From positions 11,650 to 75,649 of the forward strand of contig CADBDF010000004.1 of assembly GCA_902793435.1 (NCBI GenBank): 64,000 nucleotides of DNA, given 5' to 3'. The stretch is from an uncultured Pseudomonadota bacterium (lineage in GTDB: Bacteria; Pseudomonadota; Alphaproteobacteria; Rs-D84). Shown in pieces: positions 48,793-58,618 of the stretch; position 1 is the first letter of the stretch; each line of letters begins with the position of its first letter. The translations under genes were made by a program, and so were the position numbers. The notes under the pieces were generated by a model. The model made no database searches, was not told where the DNA came from, and saw nothing but the letters and a program-made list of their open reading frames with translations.

Positions 48793-49842
48793 ATGAGTAT
48801 TTTATTTAGATTTTTATTACGCAAATTCTTTGGGGGCATTGGCATCATATTGCTGATTGTGTGCGGAATTATTTATGCGGTCACATTTGTTGAACGTCTG
48901 CCATCAAATCCGGACACAATATCCGCAATAACAGATGCCTGGGTGCGTTTATTAGAATATATACCAATGTTTTTACCATTAACAGTGTTTATGGGAACAT
49001 TACTGGCAATGTATAATTTAACTAAATCCAGCGAGGCCATTATTATATCCAGTGCCGGTCGGTCACCATATCAAATTGCACGTCCATTTTTATTAGGTGC
49101 TTTTTTGGTTGGCATATTCGCAACAACGGTTATAAACCCATATTTTGTTAGTGTCAGTGCAAAAAACATAACAGACCAAGAATTACAATTGGTCGATAAC
49201 ACAATATGGATTCGTGAAGAAGCCGACAATCATTTTTTAACAATGTCTGCACACGATATGCACAAAACCAACGAAACATTGATATTTGGTGACGCAACAA
49301 TATTTATCCAAGATAACAATTTCAAATTATTAAATCGTATTGAAACACAATCCGCCACATTATCTAATGACGGAATTGCTGCACAAAATGCAACAATATG
49401 GGACACACGCGGAAACACAACAAACGGCAAATGGGAAATAAAAACAAAACTGACACCTAAAACCGTATTGGAAAGATATTTACAACCAAACCAAATTTCA
49501 TTTTGGGAATTACCCGGGTTTATACATAAAATGTCTGCAATTGGGGTGCCAATGCGTGGGCATCTGGTTCAGTTTTGGACACTATTATTCTTGCCATTAA
49601 CCATGGTGGCAATGGCGACATTGGGAATTGCATTTTCACAAACCCGCCAACGCAGAAATTTTAACTTTGGCTTGAAATTTAGTCTGGGTATCATTACATG
49701 TTTCTTGATGTATTTTTTAATCAATACATTTAATGCCCTGGGGGCAACTGGCGCACTGCCACCAATATTGGCGATTATTGCACCACCGATTATAATTATC
49801 GCGGCATCTGGGGCATTTATTGAACATTTTGACACGATATAA
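48793..49842 (+). CDS. LPS export permease LptF/LptG family
   Basis: L...SE.....SAG.S..Q..RP; 3 TM + beta-jellyroll + 3 TM; SFWELP.FI (LptG-like). Confidence 0.88.
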   Translation: MSILFRFLLRKFFGGIGIILLIVCGIIYAVTFVERLPSNPDTISAITDAWVRLLEYIPMFLPLTVFMGTLLAMYNLTKSSEAIIISSAGRSPYQIARPFLLGAFLVGIFATTVINPYFVSVSAKNITDQELQLVDNTIWIREEADNHFLTMSAHDMHKTNETLIFGDATIFIQDNNFKLLNRIETQSATLSNDGIAAQNATIWDTRGNTTNGKWEIKTKLTPKTVLERYLQPNQISFWELPGFIHKMSAIGVPMRGHLVQFWTLLFLPLTMVAMATLGIAFSQTRQRRNFNFGLKFSLGIITCFLMYFLINTFNALGATGALPPILAIIAPPIIIIAASGAFIEHFDTI

Positions 49843-49856
49843 AGGGGATAAATACT

Positions 49857-49985
49857 ATGCCATTAAAGAAAAAAACAAATACAAAAAAGATATTGATTTG
49901 GTTATGTATAATTGTATTGGTTTTATTTATGATAATGTATTTTGAACCAACAACTACACCGATTGAATTGGAATTGTACCCATGA
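49857..49985 (+). CDS. Small single-TM protein, 42 aa (MPLKKKTNTKKILIWLCIIVLVLFMIMYFEPTTTPIELELYP); not in ORF track
   Basis: AAGGGG RBS; basic N-terminus plus TM; ATGA overlap with xerD. Confidence 0.7.
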   Translation: MPLKKKTNTKKILIWLCIIVLVLFMIMYFEPTTTPIELELYP

Positions 49986-50857
49986 ATTATATAGATGTTT
50001 TTCTTGAAGCTTTATCTGCCGAAAAAGGACGCAGTGAAAAAACAATTACAAGTTATGAATCTGATTTAAATTTGGCAGAAAACGCCCTACCAAACGGATT
50101 ATTGGGCGCAACCGATAACGACATTCAAAATTATTTATCGTCTTTGACACAAACAGAACGCGCGTCCAGTATTGCCCGCAAAGCAAGTGCCCTGCGCACA
50201 TTTTATAAATTTTTAATGTTGGAAAAAATCATTCAAACAAACCCAACCAAAAATTTGGAATTACCAAAACGTTCGCGTCCATTACCAAAATTATTATCAA
50301 CCGATGAAATCGATTTATTAATATCATCGGCTGGCGATATAAAAACATCTGTGCGACTGCGCGCAATGATTGAATTATTATACGCATCAGGTCTGCGCGT
50401 ATCTGAATTATGCGAATTACCAATGACTGCGATTTTGGGCGACCACTTACTAATTCATGGCAAAGGTGCCAAAGAACGCATGGTTCCAATGCACGCAGGC
50501 GCAATATCTGCATTACAAAAATGGTTAGATTTGCGCGATGCCCCCGATTCGAAATATGTATTTCCAGGCACTGGAAAAACCGGACATATAACACGCGATG
50601 GATTTTTTAAAATTTTAAAAAAATGCGCCGTATTGGCGGGTCTGGACCCAAACCATGTTTCGCCACACGTCCTGCGACATTCGTTTGCATCACACTTGTT
50701 GGCACATGGGGCAAATTTGCGTGCAATACAAACCATGTTGGGACACGAAGACATTTCAACAACGCAAATTTACACCCATGTTTTACCTGAACAACTGCGT
50801 GAAACGGTTGAAAATTATCACCCATTATCTAAAAAATCAAAGGATACAGAACAATGA
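49982..50857 (+). CDS. xerD: Tyrosine recombinase XerD
   Basis: LLYASGLRVSEL, GKG.KER, SPHVLRHSFASHLL..GA.LR.IQ.MLGH.DISTTQIYTHV. Confidence 0.92.
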   Translation: MNYIDVFLEALSAEKGRSEKTITSYESDLNLAENALPNGLLGATDNDIQNYLSSLTQTERASSIARKASALRTFYKFLMLEKIIQTNPTKNLELPKRSRPLPKLLSTDEIDLLISSAGDIKTSVRLRAMIELLYASGLRVSELCELPMTAILGDHLLIHGKGAKERMVPMHAGAISALQKWLDLRDAPDSKYVFPGTGKTGHITRDGFFKILKKCAVLAGLDPNHVSPHVLRHSFASHLLAHGANLRAIQTMLGHEDISTTQIYTHVLPEQLRETVENYHPLSKKSKDTEQ

Positions 50858-51354
50858 TAACCAAATGCGACCACCCAGGATGTACCAAGGCCGGCACATG
50901 TCGTGCGCCAAAAAATCGTGATTTGCGTGAATATTGGCATTTCTGTCAAAAACACGCCGCTGAATACAATAAAAATTGGAATTATTATGCCAATATGACG
51001 CCCCAAGAAATCGAAGAAGACTGGGAAAGACAAACATTTGGCGCACCATTAAAAGACAACAAAACCGCAAACGCAAACGAGACCGAATATGTCCAATTTT
51101 TAAACGATTTTATAACTGGACGTTCGCGCTTTGACCATGCACCAAAACCCAGCAAATTGGGAACAAATATAACGAACGCATTTCGCGCATTGGATTTGCC
51201 TATTACGGCCACCTGGCGCGAGGTTGGTGCAAAATATCGCGCATTGGCAAAAAAACACCACCCAGATACAGCAGAAAACAAAGAATCTGCAACCACAGAA
51301 TTTACAAAAATTACAAATGCATATAACACATTAAAGAAGTATTTTAACAAATAA
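50854..51354 (+). CDS. J-domain protein (alphaproteobacterial type)
   Basis: CDHPGC...G..RAPK.R....FC..H...YN..WNY; HPD motif. Confidence 0.9.
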   Translation: MITKCDHPGCTKAGTCRAPKNRDLREYWHFCQKHAAEYNKNWNYYANMTPQEIEEDWERQTFGAPLKDNKTANANETEYVQFLNDFITGRSRFDHAPKPSKLGTNITNAFRALDLPITATWREVGAKYRALAKKHHPDTAENKESATTEFTKITNAYNTLKKYFNK

Positions 51355-51427
51355 TTTAATATGTTGCGTAAATGCCATGGGCTGTGCTATGCTGTGCCAA
51401 AACAAAAAAGGAAATTAAGGATAAAAA

Positions 51428-52327
51428 ATGTATGATATTATAATCTTAGGTTCTGGTCCTGCGGGCTTAACGGCTGCAATTTATTGCGCACGCGCAAATA
51501 AAAAAACTTTGATAATTGCCGGTGACACACTGGGTGGTCAAACAGGTGAAATTGCAAATCTGGAAAATTTCCCTGGATATATGGGTTCCGGCATGGATTG
51601 GATACAATCCACATTAAAACAAGCAACCGGGTTTGGTGCCGAAATTGCATACACATCTGCAACAGAGATAACATGGGACGATAATTTAACATATACAATT
51701 AAATGCGACAACGGGAAAACATTTACCGCCAGCGCAGTTGTCATGGCAACTGGCGCACGCGCACGCAGATTGGAAATCGACGGCGCACGCGAATTGGTGG
51801 GTAATGGTGTTTCATATTGCGCAACATGCGACGGATTTTTCTATTCTGGGAAAAAGGTATTGGTAATTGGTGGCGGAAACAGTGCGTTAAACGATGCTTT
51901 ATACCTGGCTGATTTGGCAAGCGAAGTTAAAATCGTTTATCGCAAATCTGCATTTACACGTGCCGAGGCCATCGTTCGCGACCGCGTTGCTGCACGCGAA
52001 AATATCAAACCAATATTTAACACCGAATTAAAATCTATCCGTAAAAACCCAGAAACCGGTGAATTGATTGCAACAACAACAACCGGAGACAACATTGTTT
52101 GTGATGGAATATTTGTTGCCATTGGACACGAAGCCAACACTGATTATTTAACAGAATCAATCAAACGCGATGATGTTGGCAGAATCGAATCGACAAACCT
52201 ACCCCGCGGATTATTTGTTGCAGGTGACGAAAAAAGTGGTATAAAGATGCAGGTAGCAACCGCTGTTGGTTCCGGATGCAGTGCCGCGATGGACGCAATC
52301 GCATATATAAATACAAAGGATAACTAA
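51428..52327 (+). CDS. trxB: Thioredoxin reductase
   Basis: GSGPAGLTAAIY, GVSYCATCDG, GGGNSA. Confidence 0.94.
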   Translation: MYDIIILGSGPAGLTAAIYCARANKKTLIIAGDTLGGQTGEIANLENFPGYMGSGMDWIQSTLKQATGFGAEIAYTSATEITWDDNLTYTIKCDNGKTFTASAVVMATGARARRLEIDGARELVGNGVSYCATCDGFFYSGKKVLVIGGGNSALNDALYLADLASEVKIVYRKSAFTRAEAIVRDRVAARENIKPIFNTELKSIRKNPETGELIATTTTGDNIVCDGIFVAIGHEANTDYLTESIKRDDVGRIESTNLPRGLFVAGDEKSGIKMQVATAVGSGCSAAMDAIAYINTKDN

Positions 52328-52328
52328 A

Positions 52329-53609
52329 ATGTTGGACATAAAATTTATTCGCGAAAATCCAGACATCGTAAAAAACGCATGTCGTGTTAAAAATTTTCCA
52401 GATATCGTTGATGATTTATTAAATCTGGATACACGTGTTCGCGAATTAAAGACAATCACGCAAACAAAAACTGCTGAAAAAAATAAAATTTCAAAGGAAA
52501 TTCCAACGGCTGCTGACAAGGCACCTTTGATTAAACGTAGCAAGGAAATCGGCGAAGAAATTGCTGCTGACATGGCGGAATTGGCGGAAAAAGAGATTTT
52601 ATTAAATGATTTAATGCACCGCGTCCCACAAATTCCAGACGCATCCGCACCAATAGGCGCAGACGATTCGGCAAACGTGGAAATAAAACGCGTTGGCAAC
52701 CCACGCAATTTTGATTTTTCACCACGCGCCCAATGGGATTTACTGGATATGAATAATTGGTGGGCACCCGAAAAAATTGCTGGCATCTGTGGCACCCGTA
52801 CATACTGTCTGTGTGGCGAAGCCGCTGAATTAGAATTGGCTGTAGAAACTTTCGTTATTCAAAAATTAATAGCCAAAGGATTTAAATACATTGAATGTCC
52901 ATCTATCACAAAACCCCAAACAATATTTAACGCTGGGCATTTTATGGGTTCAGACATGTCCGTTATGAACGATGATGTGTTTATGCTAACTGGCACTGAC
53001 AGATGCTTGGCTGGAACTGCCGAAATTATATTGAATTCATTGCATGCTGACGAAATTTTATCAGAAAACGATTTGCCAATAAAATACGCCGGTTTTTCAC
53101 CCTGCTTTCGTAAAGAGGCTGGTGCAGCCGGTCGCGACACACGTGGATTGGTGCGTTTCCATCAATTTAACAAGGTTGAACAATATATATTCTGCAAACC
53201 GGAACAATCTGACGAAATGCACGAATTATTGTTAAACAATCTGTGTGAAATTATGGAAGATTTGGAATTACCATATCGTGTAATTGCAAACTCAACCGGC
53301 GACATGGGATTTAACAAAGTTAAAATGAACGATGTAGAGGCATGGTTCCCATCGGAAAACACATATCGCGAATTAGGTTCTTGTTCATCAATCGGGACTT
53401 TCCAGGCACGCAGAACAAATACCCGCTATCGCGAAAACGGAACAAATGATGTTAAATTTGTTGCGACATTAAATAATACCGGAATTGCCCTGCCACGCGC
53501 ATTGGTTCCAATAATTGAAAACCACCAAAATGCAGACGGCTCTGTAAATATTCCAAAAAAATTACAACCATTAATGGGTGGCAGAACAAAGATTGGTGGA
53601 AAACATTAA
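52329..53609 (+). CDS. serS: Serine-tRNA ligase
   Basis: MLDIKFIREN, GTAE, FRKEAG..GRDTRGL.R.HQF.KVE. Confidence 0.97.
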   Translation: MLDIKFIRENPDIVKNACRVKNFPDIVDDLLNLDTRVRELKTITQTKTAEKNKISKEIPTAADKAPLIKRSKEIGEEIAADMAELAEKEILLNDLMHRVPQIPDASAPIGADDSANVEIKRVGNPRNFDFSPRAQWDLLDMNNWWAPEKIAGICGTRTYCLCGEAAELELAVETFVIQKLIAKGFKYIECPSITKPQTIFNAGHFMGSDMSVMNDDVFMLTGTDRCLAGTAEIILNSLHADEILSENDLPIKYAGFSPCFRKEAGAAGRDTRGLVRFHQFNKVEQYIFCKPEQSDEMHELLLNNLCEIMEDLELPYRVIANSTGDMGFNKVKMNDVEAWFPSENTYRELGSCSSIGTFQARRTNTRYRENGTNDVKFVATLNNTGIALPRALVPIIENHQNADGSVNIPKKLQPLMGGRTKIGGKH

Positions 53610-53612
53610 AAT

Positions 53613-53639
53613 AAAAAACTCCCGTTTGGGAGTTTTTTT
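53613..53639. terminator. Bidirectional intrinsic terminator
   Basis: A6-ctccc-gttt-gggag-T7. Confidence 0.85.
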
Positions 53640-54165
53640 AATACCGACAATACGGTTCCAATAAAACATTTACCGTTTTTTGATGCATTTTCCATGCATC
53701 AACACTGAACTCTATATTTGAATATCTATTTGGATCTTTATAATATTCATCAACTGCCGCATCATACATTTGACCCAAATCTTGCTTGCCTAAAAATTTT
53801 AATCCACTTGCACAACATTGATTCAAACCATCACCATCATGACATCTTTCTTTTTTTACATAACCAATCGGTTGAACCTTATAAATTGCAAATTCAGGAA
53901 AAGACCAACACAAAGTATTATGCCACAACATAGTATCGAATGCCCCTTGGGCAAAATGAAATCCATGTTCACTTACCAAACCTTCGGGATAAAACACATA
54001 CTTTCTTGGTGTTTCTGGGGCTGTAAATTCTTTACCTTTTGGTATATTAAATATATCCACAGAATCATCAACAAAATCCGCAAACCAAGAATCAAGTGTG
54101 ACGATTTTATAATAATCTTTATCACTACGAAATTTATTTCTTTGAAAAAATCTGGCGATATTCAT
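53638..54165 (-). CDS. Hypothetical protein, possibly DUF7666-like
   Basis: GKEF...GFHF...Y.V.P.G......CA..LKF pattern. Confidence 0.45.
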   Translation of the reverse strand: MNIARFFQRNKFRSDKDYYKIVTLDSWFADFVDDSVDIFNIPKGKEFTAPETPRKYVFYPEGLVSEHGFHFAQGAFDTMLWHNTLCWSFPEFAIYKVQPIGYVKKERCHDGDGLNQCCASGLKFLGKQDLGQMYDAAVDEYYKDPNRYSNIEFSVDAWKMHQKTVNVLLEPYCRY

Positions 54166-54167
54166 TT

Positions 54168-54626
54168 TTATTTCTGTAAATTTTTCTTAAACAAACCTAA
54201 AACGAATTCCTTTAATGTTGGTTTTGGATATGCCATATCCATCCAGTCTTTTATAGCATTTTCTAATTCGACATTTTTCAAATTATATTTTGCATAAAAT
54301 CTGTAATAACGAATAATAGAATTATATAATTCTTGGGTGATAAACATTATATGTAAATCATGGCTTACAAACCATTTTACTTCTTTGATATTCGCAGCAT
54401 CATAATTTGTTTGTACGGCATTTATATTCTCGTACATACGCAAATACGTCTCTTTGATAAGTACATTTTCGTCTTCAACTTTTTTTAATTCAACGTACAA
54501 TTTTTCTAAACCCGCTTCGGTATTTAAACTATACGCATTTACATTTACTTTACTTTGATATCTTGCAGCCAATTCAAGCATAAGTCTTTTAAACTTAAAT
54601 ACCGCATCATCATATCTTGTTTTCAT
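54168..54626 (-). CDS. Hypothetical helical protein
   Basis: AAGGTG RBS; TTGACA-16-TATAAT upstream; no family recognised. Confidence 0.6.
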   Translation of the reverse strand: MKTRYDDAVFKFKRLMLELAARYQSKVNVNAYSLNTEAGLEKLYVELKKVEDENVLIKETYLRMYENINAVQTNYDAANIKEVKWFVSHDLHIMFITQELYNSIIRYYRFYAKYNLKNVELENAIKDWMDMAYPKPTLKEFVLGLFKKNLQK

Positions 54627-54785
54627 AACAACACCTTTATTTATCATAACACATTCTATTATAGACAAAATTATTTAAATGTCAATATTTTTATTGACAG
54701 CACGCATATTTTACATATAATTTGTTGAAATTGCAAAAATATAGTATAATCTATACACTTATTAACAAAATATAGGAAAATACAG

Positions 54786-56630
54786 ATGAAAATTCGCAAC
54801 ATTGCAATTATTGCACACGTGGATCATGGTAAAACAACCTTGGTCGATAATATGCTGAAACAGGCGGGAACATTCCGCGAAAACGAACGTGTCGAAGACA
54901 GAGTTATGGACAGTGGCGATATCGAACGCGAACGTGGTATCACAATTTCCGCAAAACCAACATCTATCCAATGGGGTGAATATAAAATTAACATTGTTGA
55001 TACACCGGGACACGCTGACTTTGGTGGCGAAGTTGAACGTATTTTATCTATGGTTGATGGCGTGGTGCTATTGGTTGATAGTGCCGAAGGCCCACTGCCA
55101 CAAACAAAATTTGTGTTATCCAAGGCTTTAAAACTGGGATTGCGCCCTATTGTTTGTATAAACAAAATCGACCGCGCTGATGCACGTCCCGAAGAAGTTT
55201 TAACAGAAACATTTGATTTATTCGACAAATTGGGTGCAAACGATGCCCAACTAGATTTCCCATATTTGTATGCTGTTGGTCGTGACGGTTGGGCTGTACG
55301 TGATTTGGCTGACATCAACAATCCAAACAAAGATTTAAAACCATTATTCCAATTAATTGTTGACCATGTACCTGCACCTGATTGCAATGGGGACCGTTGT
55401 CGTATCGACGCACCATTTACCATGTTGGCAACAACGTTGGAGGCAGACCCCTATGTTGGTCGTATTTTAACTGGTAAAATTGAATCAGGAACCGTCAAAG
55501 TTGGTCAAACAGTAAAGGCTATCAATATGGCTGGCGAATTAATTGAAACAGCCAAAATCACAAAAATTATTGAACACCAAGGTATAAACAAAGTATCCCG
55601 CGACAGTGCATCTGCGGGTGACATCGTTGTTGTTGCCGGATTTTCCAAGGCAACTGTGGCGGACACATTATGCGACCCATCTGTCACAACACCTATTCCG
55701 GCAATTCCAATTGACCCACCAACCCTTACTATGACTTTCTTTGTTAATACATCACCATTGGCGGGTAAATCTGGTAAGAAATTAACATCGCGTATGATTG
55801 GTGAAAGATTGTTCCGCGAGGCCGAAACAAACATCGCTCTGCGTGTCACACAAAGTTCTAACAACGAGGCTTTCGAGGTTTCCGGTCGTGGCGAATTACA
55901 ACTGGGAATTTTAATTGAAACAATGCGTCGCGAAGGATTTGAATTAAGCGTCAGTCGCCCACGCGTTATCATGCAACAAAACGAAAACGGCGAAAAAACA
56001 GAACCAATCGAAGAAGTTGTTATCGATGTCGATGACGAATTCAGCGGTGTCGTTATTGAAAAAATGACAAAACGCAAAGCCACAATCACAGAAATGAAAC
56101 CATCTGGAATTGGAAAAACACGAATTGTATTTTCGGCACCATCTCGTGGTTTAATTGGTTATTTGTCTGAATTCCGTACAGATACACGTGGAACTGGCAT
56201 TATGAACCGCGTATTTGATAAATATGATTTATACCGCGGTCCAATCACACAATATCGCCCAGGTGTTTTGGTTTCAATGGAGGCAGGACAAACAACAACA
56301 TACGCCCTGCATAATCTGGAACCACGTGGCGTTTTGTTTGTTGGTCCCCAGGTTGAAGTATATTCTGGTATGATTGTTGGCGAACACAGCAAAGAAAATG
56401 ATATAGAGGTAAATCCAGTCAAAGGAAAACAATTAACCAATGTTCGTTCGGTCACAGCCGATGAAAAATTATTCTTGGCACCACCGCGCAAAATATCATT
56501 GGAAGAAGCCCTGTCATATATCCAAGACGACGAATTGGTAGAAGTCACACCTGATACAATCCGTCTGCGTAAAAAAGAATTAGACAGCGGCAAACGCAAA
56601 AAGGCATACAGATTTGCCGAAACTGATTAA
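54786..56630 (+). CDS. typA: Translational GTPase TypA/BipA
   Basis: AHVDHGKTTLVD, DTPGHADFGGEVER, NKID, GRGELQL, K.LTNVRS. Confidence 0.98.
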   Translation: MKIRNIAIIAHVDHGKTTLVDNMLKQAGTFRENERVEDRVMDSGDIERERGITISAKPTSIQWGEYKINIVDTPGHADFGGEVERILSMVDGVVLLVDSAEGPLPQTKFVLSKALKLGLRPIVCINKIDRADARPEEVLTETFDLFDKLGANDAQLDFPYLYAVGRDGWAVRDLADINNPNKDLKPLFQLIVDHVPAPDCNGDRCRIDAPFTMLATTLEADPYVGRILTGKIESGTVKVGQTVKAINMAGELIETAKITKIIEHQGINKVSRDSASAGDIVVVAGFSKATVADTLCDPSVTTPIPAIPIDPPTLTMTFFVNTSPLAGKSGKKLTSRMIGERLFREAETNIALRVTQSSNNEAFEVSGRGELQLGILIETMRREGFELSVSRPRVIMQQNENGEKTEPIEEVVIDVDDEFSGVVIEKMTKRKATITEMKPSGIGKTRIVFSAPSRGLIGYLSEFRTDTRGTGIMNRVFDKYDLYRGPITQYRPGVLVSMEAGQTTTYALHNLEPRGVLFVGPQVEVYSGMIVGEHSKENDIEVNPVKGKQLTNVRSVTADEKLFLAPPRKISLEEALSYIQDDELVEVTPDTIRLRKKELDSGKRKKAYRFAETD

Positions 56631-56631
56631 T

Positions 56632-56663
56632 AAAAAACCGCCCCGAAATTTCGGGGCATTTTT
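56632..56663 (+). terminator. Intrinsic terminator
   Basis: gccccgaa-at-ttcggggc followed by T-tract. Confidence 0.8.
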
Positions 56664-56729
56664 TATTTCTTGCGGATTAAAATCCTATGTATTAAAATTA
56701 ATTTAACCTAAAAACAATAGGATTTATCA

Positions 56730-57647
56730 ATGAACTGGAAAATAAAAAAATTCTTTTGCAATCTTGTTGCACTCCCTGGTTTTACACGCACACAACGTCG
56801 TCGCATTCGTGACCGTTTAATGTTTCGCGATGTTATATTGGAAACAAATGTTAATTTTTTTACAACACCATCAAAACAGATATATAATAAAACTAAAATA
56901 AATGTGGCTTTTTGCTCCGACAAACGCGGTATAAAATTAATGGCGGTGGCAATAAAATCATTGTTAAACGTATCTGCAAACAAATGCGATTACAACATAT
57001 ATTGTGTGATTGATACAGATGTCACATCTGCCGAAAAGAAAAGCATATCAAAATTGACCGACGGCACAAAATCAACCATCACATTTTTAAAGCCTAATCA
57101 TGACTTTGATAAATCTTATGTTCGTCATTGGACACGCGCAATATATTATCGCACAATGTTGCCCGATTTATTACCTGATGTTGATAAAATAATTTATGCT
57201 GATATTGATGTTATATTCTGTAATGATTTAATCGAAGCATATAATATAGACATGGATAAAAACTATATTGCCGGTGTAAAGACTTTTAATAACGGTTATA
57301 TAAATTCTGGATTTTTAATAATGAATTTAAAACAAATCAGGAAAGATAACCTGTATAAAAAATGGATTGATGCATCACAACGCAAACAATATCCAAACCC
57401 AGACCAAGATTTATTAAATTTCACTTGCCGCGGTCGTATTTTATACCTACCATTAAAATATAATTTTCAACCAATGGATGGTGCAAACATATACAAATAT
57501 CACACCCCATGTGAAATTGCCGATATTCAATATCATTTGGTTGTATTACACTTTTCAAATTGGATGAAACCATGGCATGCTAAAAATAAACGACCAATAT
57601 TTTCTGAACTCTGGTGGAAACATGCCACACAAACAGGTCTATGGTAA
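56730..57647 (+). CDS. Glycosyltransferase family 8
   Basis: YYR..LP.LL...DKIIY.DID, YINSG...MNL, DQD.LN, H....KPW. Confidence 0.93.
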   Translation: MNWKIKKFFCNLVALPGFTRTQRRRIRDRLMFRDVILETNVNFFTTPSKQIYNKTKINVAFCSDKRGIKLMAVAIKSLLNVSANKCDYNIYCVIDTDVTSAEKKSISKLTDGTKSTITFLKPNHDFDKSYVRHWTRAIYYRTMLPDLLPDVDKIIYADIDVIFCNDLIEAYNIDMDKNYIAGVKTFNNGYINSGFLIMNLKQIRKDNLYKKWIDASQRKQYPNPDQDLLNFTCRGRILYLPLKYNFQPMDGANIYKYHTPCEIADIQYHLVVLHFSNWMKPWHAKNKRPIFSELWWKHATQTGLW

Positions 57648-57666
57648 TATTGCAAAGGATAAAAAC

Positions 57667-58545
57667 ATGACAAAATCACAACCTTTATTTACCGTTGTAA
57701 TTCCAATGTACAACGCGTCCAAATTTATCAAAAAACCAATTGAACAATTAATACATCAAACATTTGACGACATCGAAATATTAATTGTTGATGATGGCAG
57801 TACAGATAATTGCGCTGAAATTATCAAACAATATGCCAAGCATGACAAACGCATCAAATTAATACAACAAAAAAACGCCGGTGTATCCACCGCTTCCAAT
57901 ACAGGTATATTAAATGCATCTGGAAAATATATTTGCATACACGATCACGATGATTTTGTAAATTTAGAATATTTTGAAAAAATGGCAATCGCAGCAAACG
58001 GAACAGACGCCGACATTTTATGTGGTTGTGTTAATGAACCAGGTTGGTCTTTTCCTGAATTTGACAACATAGAAATTGCGACTGAATTGGCTGATAAAAT
58101 TTTTATGACGCACGCGAACGCATTTAATTGCGCATGGCGATATGCGTATAAAAAAGAATTTTTACAACGCACAAAATTATTGTTTGAAACATCTGTTTGG
58201 GGTGCCCAAGATGTAATATTTTCAAAATCTGCAATTTGCATGGCGGACTCTGTGGCAACGGTTCCTGGGGCAATTTATACCGTCCGCGATCAACCAACAT
58301 CCCTTGGCAAAGACAAGAAAAAAAAGGCAGCACACAACACCACCGAAACAGGACGCGCATGGGCGCGTTATGCCGAACTGTTAAACAAATACGGCGCAAC
58401 AGAATTAATGAACGCACCCGACAAACCATCACACATCACAACATTTAAAATGTTTAATCGTGTAATTTCACGCGTTGAAATTTACCCACGCAAAAAACGT
58501 TATTACCTGTTTGGTATAAATATCGGCACAAAACATTTTGATTAA
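57667..58545 (+). CDS. Glycosyltransferase family 2
   Basis: VVIPMYN, VDDGSTD, NAGVS, DHDD. Confidence 0.92.
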   Translation: MTKSQPLFTVVIPMYNASKFIKKPIEQLIHQTFDDIEILIVDDGSTDNCAEIIKQYAKHDKRIKLIQQKNAGVSTASNTGILNASGKYICIHDHDDFVNLEYFEKMAIAANGTDADILCGCVNEPGWSFPEFDNIEIATELADKIFMTHANAFNCAWRYAYKKEFLQRTKLLFETSVWGAQDVIFSKSAICMADSVATVPGAIYTVRDQPTSLGKDKKKKAAHNTTETGRAWARYAELLNKYGATELMNAPDKPSHITTFKMFNRVISRVEIYPRKKRYYLFGINIGTKHFD

Positions 58546-58548
58546 ATA

Positions 58549-58573
58549 TTCCCCGATATATTCGGGGATTTTT
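58549..58573 (+). terminator. Intrinsic terminator
   Basis: tccccga-tatat-tcgggga-T5. Confidence 0.65.
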
Positions 58574-58583
58574 AACAACCACA

Positions 58584-58612
58584 TTGCAAAATACATAAAT
58601 ACAATGTATGAT
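58584..58612 (+). promoter_or_regulatory. Sigma70 promoter, leaderless start
   Basis: TTGCAA-17 bp-TATGAT, ATG 6 nt downstream. Confidence 0.65.
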
Positions 58613-58618
58613 AAAGAC

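Noticed and set aside
49982-50857. Tyrosine recombinase as a prophage or island integrase
   Set aside because: Size and motifs are XerD-typical, the context is housekeeping and there are no att sites or phage genes nearby
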